From Escherichia coli (GTDB lineage Bacteria > Pseudomonadota > Gammaproteobacteria > Enterobacterales > Enterobacteriaceae), in assembly GCF_003334255.1 (NCBI RefSeq), contig NZ_QOWU01000001.1: 64,000 nt of DNA. One strand, 5' to 3'. Below, in pieces: positions 14,306 to 27,385 of this stretch (positions within the stretch are counted from its first letter, which is position 1; every line of letters begins with the position of its first letter). The notes below the pieces were generated by a model that searched no databases, was not told the DNA's origin, and was given only the letters and a program-made list of their open reading frames with translations. A program made the position numbers and the translations under genes.

Positions 14306-14929
14306 ATGCTCGTCTATTGGCTGGATATAGTCGGCACAGCGGTATTTGCCATCTCCGGCGTTTTGTTAGCCGGAAAATTGCGTATGGACCCTTTTGGTGT
14401 TCTGGTACTGGGCGTGGTAACCGCAGTAGGCGGCGGGACAATTCGCGACATGGCGCTGGATCACGGCCCGGTATTTTGGGTGAAAGATCCCACCGATCTG
14501 GTCGTTGCAATGGTCACCAGCATGCTGACCATCGTGCTGGTGCGCCAGCCAAGACGCTTACCAAAATGGATGTTGCCGGTGCTGGACGCCGTTGGTCTGG
14601 CGGTGTTTGTCGGCATTGGCGTGAATAAAGCCTTTAATGCGGAAGCCGGTCCGTTAATCGCGGTTTGTATGGGCGTCATTACTGGCGTTGGCGGCGGGAT
14701 CATTCGTGATGTTCTGGCCCGCGAAATCCCCATGATTTTACGTACAGAAATCTACGCAACTGCCTGTATTATCGGCGGTATTGTCCACGCTACGGCTTAT
14801 TACACATTTTCCGTACCACTGGAAACAGCCAGTATGATGGGCATGGTCGTGACGCTATTGATTCGGCTGGCGGCTATTCGTTGGCATCTTAAGCTACCGA
14901 CGTTTGCGCTGGATGAGAATGGGCGTTGA
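14306..14929 (+). CDS. yadS: Inner-membrane protein YadS (UPF0126 family, function unknown)
   Basis: 207-aa hydrophobic ORF MLVYWLDIVGTAVFAISGVLLAGKLRMDPFGVLVLG... with an internally duplicated glycine-rich motif. Confidence 0.85.
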   Translation: MLVYWLDIVGTAVFAISGVLLAGKLRMDPFGVLVLGVVTAVGGGTIRDMALDHGPVFWVKDPTDLVVAMVTSMLTIVLVRQPRRLPKWMLPVLDAVGLAVFVGIGVNKAFNAEAGPLIAVCMGVITGVGGGIIRDVLAREIPMILRTEIYATACIIGGIVHATAYYTFSVPLETASMMGMVVTLLIRLAAIRWHLKLPTFALDENGR

Positions 14930-14975
14930 AGAGAGAAGATGTGCCGGATAGTTTATCCGGCACATGAACAACAGA

Positions 14976-15320
14976 TTAGATACTAAAGGAAGAACCGCAA
15001 CCGCAGGTGCTTTTCGCGTTCGGGTTGGTCACGATGAAACGAGAACCTTCCAGACCTTCGGTATAATCAACGGAACCGCCGACCAGATATTGCAGGCTCA
15101 TCGGATCAACCACCAGGCCAACGCCCTGTTTTTCGATGGTCATATCGCCTTCGTTCACCTGATCATCAAAGGTGAAACCATACTGGAAGCCGCTGCAACC
15201 GCCACCGGTGATATACACGCGTAATTTCAGATTCGGGTTATCTTCGTCAGCGATCAGGCTTTTAACTTTGTTGGCTGCTGCGTCGGTAAACTCCAGCGGC
15301 AGTGCTACGTCATCACTCAT
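14976..15320 (-). CDS. erpA: Iron-sulfur cluster insertion protein (A-type carrier)
   Basis: ORF-track entry 14976..15353 contains [49 protein letters not shown]...CGCGSSFSI; trimmed to 114 aa. Confidence 0.9.
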
Positions 15321-15401
15321 ATTTTGCTCCAAACGACATCGGCAATTGGGCAAATTCTAACCCAATAATAATCGCCATTATCTAATACCCTGGTATTTCG
15401 T

Positions 15402-16841
<1,440 letters not shown>

Positions 16842-17047
16842 TCATACAAATAAGATGACGGCATTTTACTCGCACGTTCCATGAAAATCCTTTGCAAAGC
16901 GTAATGTTTCAAATGCACAAAACTTTTATACTCTAAGAAATCAGGATTGCACCAGTACAAGCAGCCTGATGTTTGACGAGTATTTAACTTGTTATGAATA
17001 ACATAGAATAGCAGCCATTCACTTTTTCTACGAATCAGGAACCCTCC

Positions 17048-18328
17048 ATGAGTAAGTCTGAAAATCTTTACAGCGCAGCGCGCGAGCTGATCCCTGGCGG
17101 TGTGAACTCCCCTGTTCGCGCCTTTACTGGCGTGGGCGGCACTCCACTGTTTATCGAAAAAGCGGACGGCGCTTATCTGTACGATGTTGATGGCAAAGCC
17201 TATATCGATTATGTCGGTTCCTGGGGGCCGATGGTGCTGGGCCATAACCATCCGGCAATCCGCAATGCCGTGATTGAAGCCGCCGAGCGTGGTTTAAGCT
17301 TTGGTGCACCAACCGAAATGGAAGTGAAAATGGCGCAACTGGTGACCGAACTGGTCCCGACCATGGATATGGTGCGCATGGTGAACTCCGGCACTGAAGC
17401 GACCATGAGCGCCATCCGCCTGGCCCGTGGTTTTACCGGTCGCGACAAAATTATTAAATTTGAAGGGTGTTACCATGGTCACGCTGACTGCCTGCTGGTG
17501 AAAGCCGGTTCTGGCGCACTCACGTTAGGCCAGCCAAACTCGCCGGGCGTTCCGGCAGATTTCGCCAAACATACCTTAACCTGTACTTATAATGATCTGG
17601 CTTCTGTACGCGCCGCATTTGAGCAATACCCGCAAGAGATTGCCTGTATTATCGTCGAGCCGGTGGCAGGCAATATGAACTGTGTTCCGCCGCTGCCAGA
17701 GTTCCTGCCAGGTCTGCGCGCGCTGTGCGACGAATTTGGCGCGTTGCTGATCATCGATGAAGTGATGACCGGTTTCCGCGTAGCGCTAGCTGGCGCACAG
17801 GATTATTACGGCGTAGTGCCAGATTTAACCTGCCTCGGCAAAATCATCGGCGGTGGAATGCCGGTAGGCGCATTCGGTGGTCGTCGTGATGTAATGGATG
17901 CGCTGGCCCCGACGGGTCCGGTCTATCAGGCGGGTACGCTTTCCGGTAACCCGATTGCGATGGCAGCGGGTTTCGCCTGTCTGAATGAAGTCGCGCAGCC
18001 GGGCGTTCACGAAACGCTGGATGAGCTGACAACACGTCTGGCAGAAGGTCTGCTGGAAGCGGCAGAAGAAGCCGGAATTCCGCTGGTCGTTAACCACGTT
18101 GGCGGCATGTTCGGTATTTTCTTTACCGACGCCGAGTCCGTGACGTGCTATCAGGATGTGATGGCCTGTGACGTGGAACGCTTTAAGCGTTTCTTCCATA
18201 TGATGCTGGACGAAGGTGTTTACCTGGCACCGTCAGCGTTTGAAGCGGGCTTTATGTCCGTGGCGCACAGCATGGAAGATATCAATAACACCATCGATGC
18301 TGCACGTCGGGTGTTTGCGAAGTTGTGA
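17048..18328 (+). CDS. hemL: Glutamate-1-semialdehyde 2,1-aminomutase
   Basis: 426-aa [52 protein letters not shown]... Confidence 0.97.
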   Translation: MSKSENLYSAARELIPGGVNSPVRAFTGVGGTPLFIEKADGAYLYDVDGKAYIDYVGSWGPMVLGHNHPAIRNAVIEAAERGLSFGAPTEMEVKMAQLVTELVPTMDMVRMVNSGTEATMSAIRLARGFTGRDKIIKFEGCYHGHADCLLVKAGSGALTLGQPNSPGVPADFAKHTLTCTYNDLASVRAAFEQYPQEIACIIVEPVAGNMNCVPPLPEFLPGLRALCDEFGALLIIDEVMTGFRVALAGAQDYYGVVPDLTCLGKIIGGGMPVGAFGGRRDVMDALAPTGPVYQAGTLSGNPIAMAAGFACLNEVAQPGVHETLDELTTRLAEGLLEAAEEAGIPLVVNHVGGMFGIFFTDAESVTCYQDVMACDVERFKRFFHMMLDEGVYLAPSAFEAGFMSVAHSMEDINNTIDAARRVFAKL

Positions 18329-18337
18329 TCCAGCATG

Positions 18338-18470
<133 letters not shown>

Positions 18471-18485
18471 CGTTATATGGAAAAA

Positions 18486-20468
18486 TTAACGGCTCTGCTT
18501 TCTCAACAAATAGATAAAATATGGCGCGCCGATAAAGGTTGACAGCAGCCCCGCCGGGATCTGGAATGGAAACAGCACCATCCGCCCACACCAGTCAGCG
18601 AACACCAGCAGTAAACCACCCACCAGCGCCGAAATTACGATGTGTGGCATCGTCCGTCGAAAGCCCATCATCCGCGCAATATGCGGTGCCATTAAACCAA
18701 CAAAACTCAACGGTCCAATAGTCATCGTCGCGGTCGCCGTCAGGCAAGCCGCTAACAGCAGCAGCGCAATTCGCGTCGGCGTCAGCGCCATTCCTACGGC
18801 TCGGGCGGTATCACCACCCAGCGGTAAAATGGTCAGCCAGCGGCGGCACAGCGGGGTAATCGCCAGCAAAATCACCATCACAATTCCGGTGCGCCAGACC
18901 TGCGCATCGGTCGCGTTGTAGGTCGAACCGGAAATCCAGGTCAGCACTTGCGCCATTCGCGGGTCACCACTTGCCTGCAACATCATCAAAAGCATGGTGA
19001 ACGCGGTGCTTAACGCCATCCCCGCCAGTAACATACGGTGTGGGGAAAATCCACCGCGGCCGGCGGCGATCATAATGATCAACAGCGTCACCGCCGCGCC
19101 GAGACTGCCTGCAGGTAACAGCCAGCCAAAGGCATTACCCGGCACCAGAAACAGCATCAACACCACGCCAAACGCCGCGCCGGAGCTAATCCCCAGCACT
19201 TCCGGGCTTGCCATCGGGTTTCCGGTCAGTCGCTGAATAATACAGCCCGCCACCGCCAGCATGACGCCCGCAAACAGCGCCGCCATAATTCGCGGCCAGC
19301 GCCAGGGCATTAAATCCTCGAGCAACGCCCCGCTCGCCCACGTCCAGCCGTGCGCATCACGACCAAACGACAGCGCCACCACCACAGCCATCAACAGCAG
19401 CACGCCGCCCGCGAGGGCAAACGCCAGCACATGTTGGCGTTCAGCCGCGACACGATCGTTGACCTTCATATCCGGCGCGCTAATGCTGCGTAAACGCGGC
19501 AACAGCCACAGTAGCAGCGGCGCACCGATCAACGCAGTGACCGAACCGGTGGACACTTCCATCCACACGCGAGTCAGCCAGAGGATGATTTGATCGGAAA
19601 GCCAGAGGATCAGCGCACCAATCAACGACGCCAGCATCAGTCGTGGCAGCAGACGCCGCGCCCCCAGCATTTTTGCCAGCAGCGGCGCGAACAACCCGAT
19701 AAAGCCGATAATCCCCACAGCGTTCACCAGCAGCGCACTGATGACAATCGCCAGCGACAGCGCCGCCAGACGCGCAAGCGACAAGGCCAGCCCGAGATTG
19801 CGCGCCACGCCATCATCAAGCCCCATCAGGGTTAACGGACGAAGTAGCAGCAACGTCAGCATCACACCGCCCAGCAGCTGCGGCCATAAACGCTCAACGC
19901 CGCCCCAGTCGGTTTGCGTCAGCGTTCCAGTGCTCCACAGAAACATGCTTTGCAGTTGGTCATGATGGAAGATAACCAGTAACTGATTGATTGCGCCGCA
20001 ATAAAGGCTCACTACCAACCCCGCGAGAATCAGCGTTACCGGCGACAGCCGTTTCCCCCACGCGACGCCAAAGACAATTAAGCCAACAACACAAGCCCCT
20101 GCCAGCGCAGCAAACTGGCTCGCCATCGCACCAGGGATCGCCCAGAGCGTAGTGACGGTAATCCCCAGTTGCGCGCCTGTAGCAACGCCAAGCGTCGTCG
20201 GCTCCGCCAGCGGGTTACGCAGCACTTGCTGAAACAGCACGCCCACCAGCCCCAGACCCGCGCCCACCAGCAGCGAAATCGCCAGACGCGGCAACAAGCT
20301 GTAGTGAAAAATCATCTGCTCGATGACGTCAATATCCGGCGACCAGGCAGCCTGCGCCCACTGGCTACGCGGCAGCGCCTGCGAGAAGTTCATCCAGGTG
20401 AGCGCCGTAGCGACAATCACTAACAGCGCCAGCAATAACGCCGGGAAAAGCGCAATTCGTTTACTCAC
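18486..20468 (-). CDS. fhuB: Ferric hydroxamate ABC transporter permease (fused double-domain)
   Basis: 660-aa highly hydrophobic ORF MSKRIALFPALLLALLVIVATALTWMNFSQALPRSQW... Confidence 0.95.
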   Translation of the reverse strand: MSKRIALFPALLLALLVIVATALTWMNFSQALPRSQWAQAAWSPDIDVIEQMIFHYSLLPRLAISLLVGAGLGLVGVLFQQVLRNPLAEPTTLGVATGAQLGITVTTLWAIPGAMASQFAALAGACVVGLIVFGVAWGKRLSPVTLILAGLVVSLYCGAINQLLVIFHHDQLQSMFLWSTGTLTQTDWGGVERLWPQLLGGVMLTLLLLRPLTLMGLDDGVARNLGLALSLARLAALSLAIVISALLVNAVGIIGFIGLFAPLLAKMLGARRLLPRLMLASLIGALILWLSDQIILWLTRVWMEVSTGSVTALIGAPLLLWLLPRLRSISAPDMKVNDRVAAERQHVLAFALAGGVLLLMAVVVALSFGRDAHGWTWASGALLEDLMPWRWPRIMAALFAGVMLAVAGCIIQRLTGNPMASPEVLGISSGAAFGVVLMLFLVPGNAFGWLLPAGSLGAAVTLLIIMIAAGRGGFSPHRMLLAGMALSTAFTMLLMMLQASGDPRMAQVLTWISGSTYNATDAQVWRTGIVMVILLAITPLCRRWLTILPLGGDTARAVGMALTPTRIALLLLAACLTATATMTIGPLSFVGLMAPHIARMMGFRRTMPHIVISALVGGLLLVFADWCGRMVLFPFQIPAGLLSTFIGAPYFIYLLRKQSR

Positions 20469-21355
20469 GCTTTACCTCCGATGGCGTTATCCAGAACGCG
20501 CACAAAGTGCATTGCCGAGAGCGTCGCACCATAAAACCAGACTGCAGGTACGCGCTGAAAGCGTCCGGCGCGGACAAACGGCATGGCCTGCCACAGCGGC
20601 GTTGCCATTAGCGCATCCATGTCTTTGCTGTTGTCGTGATCAAAACAGAGCACATCAACGTCTTTATACGCCGCCAGACGATCGATACTGACGGCGGTAC
20701 TGCCCCAGAAGTTGGTTTCCCCTTGCCAGGCATTTGGGATGCCGTACTCATCAAGAATTTCCTGGAACAAGCTGTTTGGACCGAAGACCAGCATATGGCG
20801 CGGATCGATAAGCGTCGTCAGCAATAACGGACGCGCACCACGCTTCACAAAGCGGGGTTTCATGCTGCGGATAAAGTCTTCATATTGCGCTAAATGCGTT
20901 TCCGCTGCGCTTTGCAGGTTAAGTAAATCTGCCATTTCCGTCAGCGATTTACGCGCCATCGCCAACGGCTGTTTGCCGTCACTGAAGTTAAATCCGCGAC
21001 CCGGCGCAATACGAGCCAGCATTTCTGGTGAAGGGCCATATCCTGCCGACCAGACCATAAACGATGGTTTCATTTCGGTCAGCAGTTCAAGGTTAGGTTC
21101 TGTGCGCAAACCGACGTCGATCACTGAGTCCGGCAATGGTGGTTCGCTGACCCACAGGCGATAGTTGATGGTATCCGCCACGCCGTAAGGCACGATGCCG
21201 AGCGCCAGCAGTAATTCCACCGGCAACCACTCCAGCGCCACAATACGATTGGGATCAATAGCCGCCGCGTGGGCGGTATTCATCTGCCATAACAACGGAG
21301 AAAGCGCCATCGCCGTTAACAGTCGACGGCGCGAAATAAGAGGTAAGCCGCTCAT
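20465..21355 (-). CDS. fhuD: Ferric hydroxamate periplasmic binding protein
   Basis: ORF-track entry 20465..21358 contains MSGLPLISRRRLLTAMALSPLLWQMNTAHA...; trimmed to the ATG giving 296 aa. Confidence 0.93.
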   Translation of the reverse strand: MSGLPLISRRRLLTAMALSPLLWQMNTAHAAAIDPNRIVALEWLPVELLLALGIVPYGVADTINYRLWVSEPPLPDSVIDVGLRTEPNLELLTEMKPSFMVWSAGYGPSPEMLARIAPGRGFNFSDGKQPLAMARKSLTEMADLLNLQSAAETHLAQYEDFIRSMKPRFVKRGARPLLLTTLIDPRHMLVFGPNSLFQEILDEYGIPNAWQGETNFWGSTAVSIDRLAAYKDVDVLCFDHDNSKDMDALMATPLWQAMPFVRAGRFQRVPAVWFYGATLSAMHFVRVLDNAIGGKA

Positions 21356-22152
21356 CAATAAACAAAACTCACAGGTGCAGCACCCGCCGGATGCGGCAAA
21401 ATACCCATCGGGATGCCATAAATCATTTCGAGGGTTTCGCCGCGCATAATTTCCGCAGGCGTTCCCTGAGCAATCATTTCACCGCCGCGCAGGGCGACCA
21501 GATAATCACAGTAGCGTGCCGCCATATTGATATCGTGCAACACGGCAATGACCGTCAGGCCACGCTCCTGACTTAAACGGTGCACCAGCGACAGCACATC
21601 AACCTGGTGGGCGATATCCAGCGCCGAGGTCGGTTCGTCGAGCAACAGACAACGGCTATCCTGCGCCACCAGCATGGCGATCCACGCCCGCTGACGTTCG
21701 CCGCCAGAGAGACTATCGACCAGCCGATGCGCCAGCGGTTTTAAGCCAACCAGCGAGATAGCTTCCTCGACTTTTTCGCGATCTGCCGCCCCAAAGCGCC
21801 CCAGCGCGCCATGCCACGGGTAACGACCAATCGCCACCAGTTCACGCACGGTCATCCCTTCTGCCGGAGGAAGCTGCTGCGGCAAATAAGCCACTTTGCG
21901 GGCAAACGCTTTGCTGCTCCAGCTTTCCAGCGGTTGGGCATCAAGAAGAATCTCCCCTTCCGACGGCGGCTGATGACGGCCAAGCATTTTGAGCAGAGTG
22001 GATTTACCAGAACCGTTGTGACCAATCAGACCGGTCACTTTCCCGGCAGGAAAGGTTAACGACAGCGGATGCAAAAGCGTGCGCCCGGGCACACGAAAGG
22101 AGATATTACGCAGTGCAAAAGTGGTATCGGAATGATTCGTGTATTCCTGCAT
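21355..22152 (-). CDS. fhuC: Ferric hydroxamate ABC transporter ATP-binding protein
   Basis: ORF-track entry 21355..22194 contains MQEYTNHSDTTFALRNISFRVPGRTLL... with Walker A GHNGSGKST; trimmed to 265 aa. Confidence 0.93.
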   Translation of the reverse strand: MQEYTNHSDTTFALRNISFRVPGRTLLHPLSLTFPAGKVTGLIGHNGSGKSTLLKMLGRHQPPSEGEILLDAQPLESWSSKAFARKVAYLPQQLPPAEGMTVRELVAIGRYPWHGALGRFGAADREKVEEAISLVGLKPLAHRLVDSLSGGERQRAWIAMLVAQDSRCLLLDEPTSALDIAHQVDVLSLVHRLSQERGLTVIAVLHDINMAARYCDYLVALRGGEMIAQGTPAEIMRGETLEMIYGIPMGILPHPAGAAPVSFVY

Positions 22153-22202
22153 AACAGCCAACTTGTGAAATGGGCACGGAAATCCGTGCCCCAAAAGAGA
22201 AA

Positions 22203-24446
22203 TTAGAAACGGAAGGTTGCGGTTGCAACGACCTGACGTTCTGCGCCCCAGAAGCAGCCATAAGTGTTAAAGCAGCTGGCGACGTATTCACGATCGAACA
22301 GGTTGTTAACATGCAGCGCCACGTTGGAGCCAGCCATGCCGACTCGCGCCAGATCATAACGTACTAACGCATCCACGACCGTATAACTTCCCACTTTAAA
22401 GGAGTTAGCCGGATCACCATAACTGGAGCCAGTATAACGACCACCGGTGCCCAGCGTCAGACCTGAAAGCGGACCGTCAAAGAAGGTGTAGTCAGCCCAC
22501 AACGAAGCCATGTGTTTTGGCACCTGTGCAGGCGTATTGCCTTTATAGGTAGTATCGGTGGTGTATTCCGCATCGGTGTAAGTATAAGAACCGACTACGT
22601 TAACACTCGCCGACAGCGCCGCTTTCGCTTCGATTTCTACGCCACGTGCGCGGATCTCGCCACCTTCAACCGAGAAGAAGGAACCCTCAGGGTCCGCCAT
22701 CAGGTTGTTGGTTTTAGTGAGATTATACACGGCACCAGTAACTACAATCGGACGATCTTCCGGTACATATTTCACGCCGACTTCATACTGCTTACCTTTA
22801 GACGGTGCGAAAATATTACCATCCTTCCCAACTTGCGAAGAAGGTTCAAACGATTCGCTATAGCTGAAGTAAGGTGTTACACCATTATCAAACAGGTAGT
22901 TAACACCACCACGCCAGGTAAACTGTTTGTCATCACGTTTATCGGTCGTCCCGGCAACGCGGTTAAGAGATTCTTGATCTGCCCAGTCATAACGACCGCC
23001 TAGGGTGACCAGCACTTTATCCCACTGCGCCTGATCCTGAACATAAACGCCCGTTTGTTTCTGTTTATTCAGAATGCGGTAAGGGCCGGAGTTTGCCGGA
23101 TCTTTGGCATTGAAGTCGAAATCGGTATTCACCGGATTGTACAGATTGAGCAGTGGCACAGAGTCGTCGTAACCAAACCAGGCGTTGATGTCATTACGCA
23201 TACGCATAAAGTCGACACCGGTCAGCAGGGTGTGGTCGATATCGCCAGTGGCAAACTTGCTCTGCAACTGGGTATCAACGGAGAAGTTTTGCAGCTTCTC
23301 ATCATCAACGACGTATTTACGTGCCAGATAATGGCCTTTATCCGCTGGCGCTAATGCCGCACACTGTTTGCTGTAAGCATTCGCCGGATCGGAGCAGACG
23401 CCGTAACCATAAACGCTGTTTTGCGAGGTTTTGTTTTCAGCAAAGCGCAGGTTCTGACGCACAGTAAAGGTGTCGTTAAATTCGTGATCGAAGCTGTAGC
23501 CGACCATCTTCTCATTACGAGAATAGGTGTTGTTCTTCGCCCCTTCATTAAAGTCTGTCGGCAGACGCTTACCGTTCGGCAGCGGCTCAACGGTTCCCTC
23601 TTTCGGCAACCAGCCGTAATAACCGGTTTCCGGCTCGTTCTGGAAGTAAGAAAGGAAGGTAAAATTGGTTTTATCATCCGGACGCCAGGTGAACGCCGGT
23701 GCAATAGCATAACGCTGCTCTTCTGACCCTTTCTGCTGGGCATTGGCAGAACGCGCAAGACCGGTCAGGCGATAAGAGTAAACACCGTCATCATCCAACG
23801 AATCGCTAAAGTCAAAACCAGTCTGGAACAGGCTGTCAGTACCGGCTTTAAACTGAACTTCTTTCAGCGGTTCGGTGGTCGGACGCTTGCTGACCATATT
23901 CAACAGGCCGCCAGGACTGCTTTTACCGTAAAGCACGGAAACCGGGCCACGCATAATTTCAGCGCGTTCCAGCATATACGGGTCAATGACCGCATCGTTA
24001 TAGAAGTTGCCCTGCAACTTCAGGCCATTCAGATAGTTATTCTGGCTTTGGCCTTCTGCCGCAAAGCCGCGAATGATCAGGTGGTCATAGGTGTTGGATG
24101 CGCCACGCGTACCAACAGAGACACCCGGCGTGTAGCTAAGCGCTTCTTTTACCGACTTCGGCTGATGCAGCGCCATCTCTTCGGCGGTCACAACAGAAAT
24201 AGACTGTGGCACTTTTTGAATCGGCGTATCGGTTTTAGTGCCGGTAGCAGACTGTCGCGCCGCAATAGTTGCAGCAGGCCCCCATGCGCTTTCTTGCGGC
24301 GCAGGTGCAGCGGTAACGGTGATAGTGTCTTCTTTCGGTTCAACCGCTGCCTGTGCATAAACAGACATGCCGCTAACCGCTGTGGCTACTACAACTGCGA
24401 TTTTACGCAGTGAGTGTTTTGGCTGAGCAGTTTTGGAACGCGCCAT
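22203..24446 (-). CDS. fhuA: Ferrichrome outer-membrane transporter (TonB-dependent receptor)
   Basis: 747-aa ORF MARSKTAQPKHSLRKIAVVVATAVSGMSVYAQAAVEPKEDTITVTAAPAPQ... ending in the terminal aromatic ...ATATFRF. Confidence 0.97.
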   Translation of the reverse strand: MARSKTAQPKHSLRKIAVVVATAVSGMSVYAQAAVEPKEDTITVTAAPAPQESAWGPAATIAARQSATGTKTDTPIQKVPQSISVVTAEEMALHQPKSVKEALSYTPGVSVGTRGASNTYDHLIIRGFAAEGQSQNNYLNGLKLQGNFYNDAVIDPYMLERAEIMRGPVSVLYGKSSPGGLLNMVSKRPTTEPLKEVQFKAGTDSLFQTGFDFSDSLDDDGVYSYRLTGLARSANAQQKGSEEQRYAIAPAFTWRPDDKTNFTFLSYFQNEPETGYYGWLPKEGTVEPLPNGKRLPTDFNEGAKNNTYSRNEKMVGYSFDHEFNDTFTVRQNLRFAENKTSQNSVYGYGVCSDPANAYSKQCAALAPADKGHYLARKYVVDDEKLQNFSVDTQLQSKFATGDIDHTLLTGVDFMRMRNDINAWFGYDDSVPLLNLYNPVNTDFDFNAKDPANSGPYRILNKQKQTGVYVQDQAQWDKVLVTLGGRYDWADQESLNRVAGTTDKRDDKQFTWRGGVNYLFDNGVTPYFSYSESFEPSSQVGKDGNIFAPSKGKQYEVGVKYVPEDRPIVVTGAVYNLTKTNNLMADPEGSFFSVEGGEIRARGVEIEAKAALSASVNVVGSYTYTDAEYTTDTTYKGNTPAQVPKHMASLWADYTFFDGPLSGLTLGTGGRYTGSSYGDPANSFKVGSYTVVDALVRYDLARVGMAGSNVALHVNNLFDREYVASCFNTYGCFWGAERQVVATATFRF

Positions 24447-24479
24447 TGGTATATCTCTGATGTAAAGTGAATGATAACG

Positions 24480-24520
24480 TAAACGAGAATGATTATTATA
24501 AAGATAAGATAATATTCGAA
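24480..24520 (-). promoter_or_regulatory. Candidate Fur box / fhuA promoter region
   Basis: AT-rich segment with overlapping GATAAT/ATCATT-like hexamers (minus strand reads ...TTATCTTATCTTTATAATAATCATTCTCGTTTACGTTATCATTCAC...) 35-75 nt upstream of the fhuA ATG. Confidence 0.45.
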
Positions 24521-24665
24521 ACGCTGGCGGGTTCGCAAGCGGTACGCAATCTGAGCGTTCCTGAAGGGTTAATAAACAACCAGATGAAAAGAAAGGGTTA
24601 ATATCTTAGATGGGATGTTATTTTACCGGATGGCAACTCGCCATCCGGTATTTCACGCTTAGATG

Positions 24666-27200
24666 TTAATTACTACCAAACATATCCTTGATCCAACCGG
24701 CTACACCGTCGCTGTCTTTCTGCTCTTGCTGAGCAGGTTGCTGTTGCGGCTGTTGCTGCGGCTGAGAAGACTGATCAAACGGATTGCCTGACGGCTGCTG
24801 CTGCATCTCGCTCTGCTGGCACAGCGATTGCGGATCGCTGGTCCAGACCGGCAAGATACGCATGCCACCGCTGCAAACAAAGTTGCCGTCGTAGTCCACG
24901 CCCATATCTGCAATATCTTCTGGCGGAACAAGATTCAGCGGCGTTGGCGTCTGGTTAGCCAGATAACGCTGATAAATCGACATTGCCCCGCTGGCACCAT
25001 ACAGTTTGGTCGGCTGGTTGTTATCACGGCCGACCCAGGTGATGGTCACCGTGCTGCCGTCAATGCCCGCAAACCAGGTATCTACGTTATTGTTGGTAGT
25101 CCCTGTTTTCCCTGCCAGATGCAGGTTCGGGTATTTCGCCCCAAGCTGACGACCCGTACCGCGTTGTACCACCTGCTGCATGGTCCATAGTGTCAGATAC
25201 GCCGCCTGCGCCGGAACAGCGCGTTCCGCCTGCGGGAAGCTCTGATACAGCACTTTGCCATCTTCCGCGATTACCGAACGCAGCGCAGAAAGCGGTGCAC
25301 GGTTACCACCGCTGGCGATGGTCTGGAATGCCTGCGCCACTTCGATTGGCGTTAAGTTCAACGCCCCCAGCAGCATTGCCGGAACCGGATGCAACTGATC
25401 TTTCGGTACGCCCAGTTTAATCCAGGTCTCCGTAACCGCAGGCAGCCCCAGCGCCATCCCCAGATTTACCGTCGGCACGTTCATCGAACGGGTCAACGCA
25501 TCCACCAGCATCACTCTGCCGCTTTCGCTATAACGACGGTCATCATTCTGCGGTGACCAGACCTGGCCATTCGGCTGACGCAGCGCAATTGGCGCATCCG
25601 CAATCCACGTATTCAGACGATAGATTTTCGGCTGGCTTAAGGCCGTCAGATAAGTCGCTGGTTTTGCAAGGGAACCAATCGAACGACGCGCCTGCATCGC
25701 ACGGTTGTAGCCCGCAAACTGCGGCTCAGAACCTCCGACCATCGCACGAACTTCACCACTAAAGCGGTCGACGACCACAATCGCAGTTTCAAGATCGCTC
25801 AACTTACGCTGTTTCTTCAGTGCCGGAATGCCTTCCACGGCGGCTTTTTCTGCCGCGTCCTGGGCCACCGAGTCAAAGGTAGTGAAGATCTTCACGCCGG
25901 AGAGATCTTTTACCTTATCGCCCAGTTTTGCCTGCAGCTCCTGACGCACCAGTTGCATAAAGGCTGGCTGAGGAGAGATCACCCCACCGCGCGGCTGAAC
26001 CCCCAGCGGACGGGCACTCAACATGTCATAGAGTTCTTGATCAATAATCTGTTGCTGTTGCAGCAGACGCAGCACCAGATTACGTCGCTCCAGCGCCAGT
26101 TTTGGGTTACGCCACGGGTTGTAGATGGACGCCCCTTTCACCATACCGACTAACAGCGCCTGCTGGTCGAGGCTTAGCTCTTCTACCGGGCGACCAAAGT
26201 AATACAAGCTTGCCAGCGGGAAGCCGCGGATTTCGTTGTCGCCGCTCTGACCGAGATACACCTCGTTCATATACAGCTCAAGAATACGGTCTTTGCTGTA
26301 ACGCGCGTCCATGATCAGCGCCATGTAAGCTTCGTTCGCTTTACGCCAGTAAGAACGCTCGCTGGAGAGGAACAGGTTTTTCACCAGCTGTTGCGTCAGC
26401 GTACTCGCACCCTGTACCGTGCGTCCGGCGGTCAGGTTTGCCAGCACCGCACGTCCGATTGAGTAGAGACTGATTCCATCATGCTCGTAAAAATGACGGT
26501 CTTCTGTCGCCAGCAAAGTATCCACCAGCAAATCCGGGAAACCACTGCGCGGCACAAACAGACGCTGCTCACCGTTTGGCGAAGAGATCATGGTGATCAG
26601 ACGCGGATCAAGACGGAAGAAACCGAACTGACGGTTGTTCTCCATATTGACGATCGTCGCCAGATGATCGCCATCAAAGGTCAGACGCGCGCGCACCTGT
26701 CCTTCTTTACTGTCCGGGAAATCAAACGGACGGCGAATCATCTCAATGCTGTTGGCCTGCACGGTAAATTCGCCAGGACGGGTCATTTTCGACACCTGAC
26801 GATACTGGGTCGCCTCCAGCAGCTTCACCATCTCGTTCTTGCTGATGGTCATGTCTGGCTCAAGATTGACCATTCGGCCATAAACTGCCGCAGGCAGTTG
26901 CCAGACCTTGCCATCAATACGGCTACGAATTTTTTGATCGAGATAAACGCCGTAAATGGCGATCAGCACGGCAAAAACGATAGCCAGTTTTAGCAGTAGC
27001 CATAGCCAGCCGCGTTTGCCACGAGGCTTACGCCCTTTGCCTTTGCCCTTACCTTTGCGCGGCATCGGTTCTTCATCCTCATAGTCATCATAATCGTCGT
27101 AATCATCGTCATCTTCGTAACGACGACGGCTTACCTTTTGTTTGACCGGACGCGTCGGTTTCCCTTTGCGTCCAATTGGCTCGCGGTCATTCCCGGCCAT
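24666..27200 (-). CDS. mrcB: Penicillin-binding protein 1B (bifunctional glycosyltransferase/transpeptidase)
   Basis: ORF-track entry 24666..27215 contains [56 protein letters not shown]...; trimmed to 844 aa. Confidence 0.95.
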   Translation of the reverse strand: MAGNDREPIGRKGKPTRPVKQKVSRRRYEDDDDYDDYDDYEDEEPMPRKGKGKGKGRKPRGKRGWLWLLLKLAIVFAVLIAIYGVYLDQKIRSRIDGKVWQLPAAVYGRMVNLEPDMTISKNEMVKLLEATQYRQVSKMTRPGEFTVQANSIEMIRRPFDFPDSKEGQVRARLTFDGDHLATIVNMENNRQFGFFRLDPRLITMISSPNGEQRLFVPRSGFPDLLVDTLLATEDRHFYEHDGISLYSIGRAVLANLTAGRTVQGASTLTQQLVKNLFLSSERSYWRKANEAYMALIMDARYSKDRILELYMNEVYLGQSGDNEIRGFPLASLYYFGRPVEELSLDQQALLVGMVKGASIYNPWRNPKLALERRNLVLRLLQQQQIIDQELYDMLSARPLGVQPRGGVISPQPAFMQLVRQELQAKLGDKVKDLSGVKIFTTFDSVAQDAAEKAAVEGIPALKKQRKLSDLETAIVVVDRFSGEVRAMVGGSEPQFAGYNRAMQARRSIGSLAKPATYLTALSQPKIYRLNTWIADAPIALRQPNGQVWSPQNDDRRYSESGRVMLVDALTRSMNVPTVNLGMALGLPAVTETWIKLGVPKDQLHPVPAMLLGALNLTPIEVAQAFQTIASGGNRAPLSALRSVIAEDGKVLYQSFPQAERAVPAQAAYLTLWTMQQVVQRGTGRQLGAKYPNLHLAGKTGTTNNNVDTWFAGIDGSTVTITWVGRDNNQPTKLYGASGAMSIYQRYLANQTPTPLNLVPPEDIADMGVDYDGNFVCSGGMRILPVWTSDPQSLCQQSEMQQQPSGNPFDQSSQPQQQPQQQPAQQEQKDSDGVAGWIKDMFGSN

Positions 27201-27296
27201 GCTTTTTCTCCGCAATATTCAGGCGCAAAAGCCCGATTTTCTGTTCTTCTGTTACAAGACAGAAGAAGATATCTCTCAAAATTTGTGCTCGATCGG

Positions 27297-27385
27297 TCCC
27301 CTCTCCCTTGAGGGAGAGGGTTAGGGTGAGGGTGAACGTGCGCGCTGATGCCCTCACCCCGGCCCTCTCCCACAGGGAGAGGGAG
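27297..27385. repeat. GC-rich nested palindromic intergenic repeat (three consecutive hairpins; boxC/RSA-like, family not verified)
   Basis: CCCTCTCCC-TTG-AGGGAGAGGG, then GGGTGAGGGTGA...CCCTCACCCC, then CCCTCTCCC-ACAG-GGAGAGGGAG, in the hrpB-mrcB spacer. Confidence 0.5.

Noticed and set aside
14941-14963. Hairpin GTGCCGGATA-GTT-TATCCGGCAC between convergent yadS and erpA as an intrinsic terminator
   Set aside because: There is no adjacent U-tract on either strand; it may be a partial REP-like palindrome or structural element, so it is not reported as a terminator.
27297-27385. Possible CRISPR array (here, at the REP clusters, or at the yacH tandem repeats)
   Set aside because: There are no regularly spaced identical direct repeats separated by unique spacers; the palindromes are inverted, not direct, and the yacH repeats are in-frame coding repeats. 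There are no cas genes in the window.
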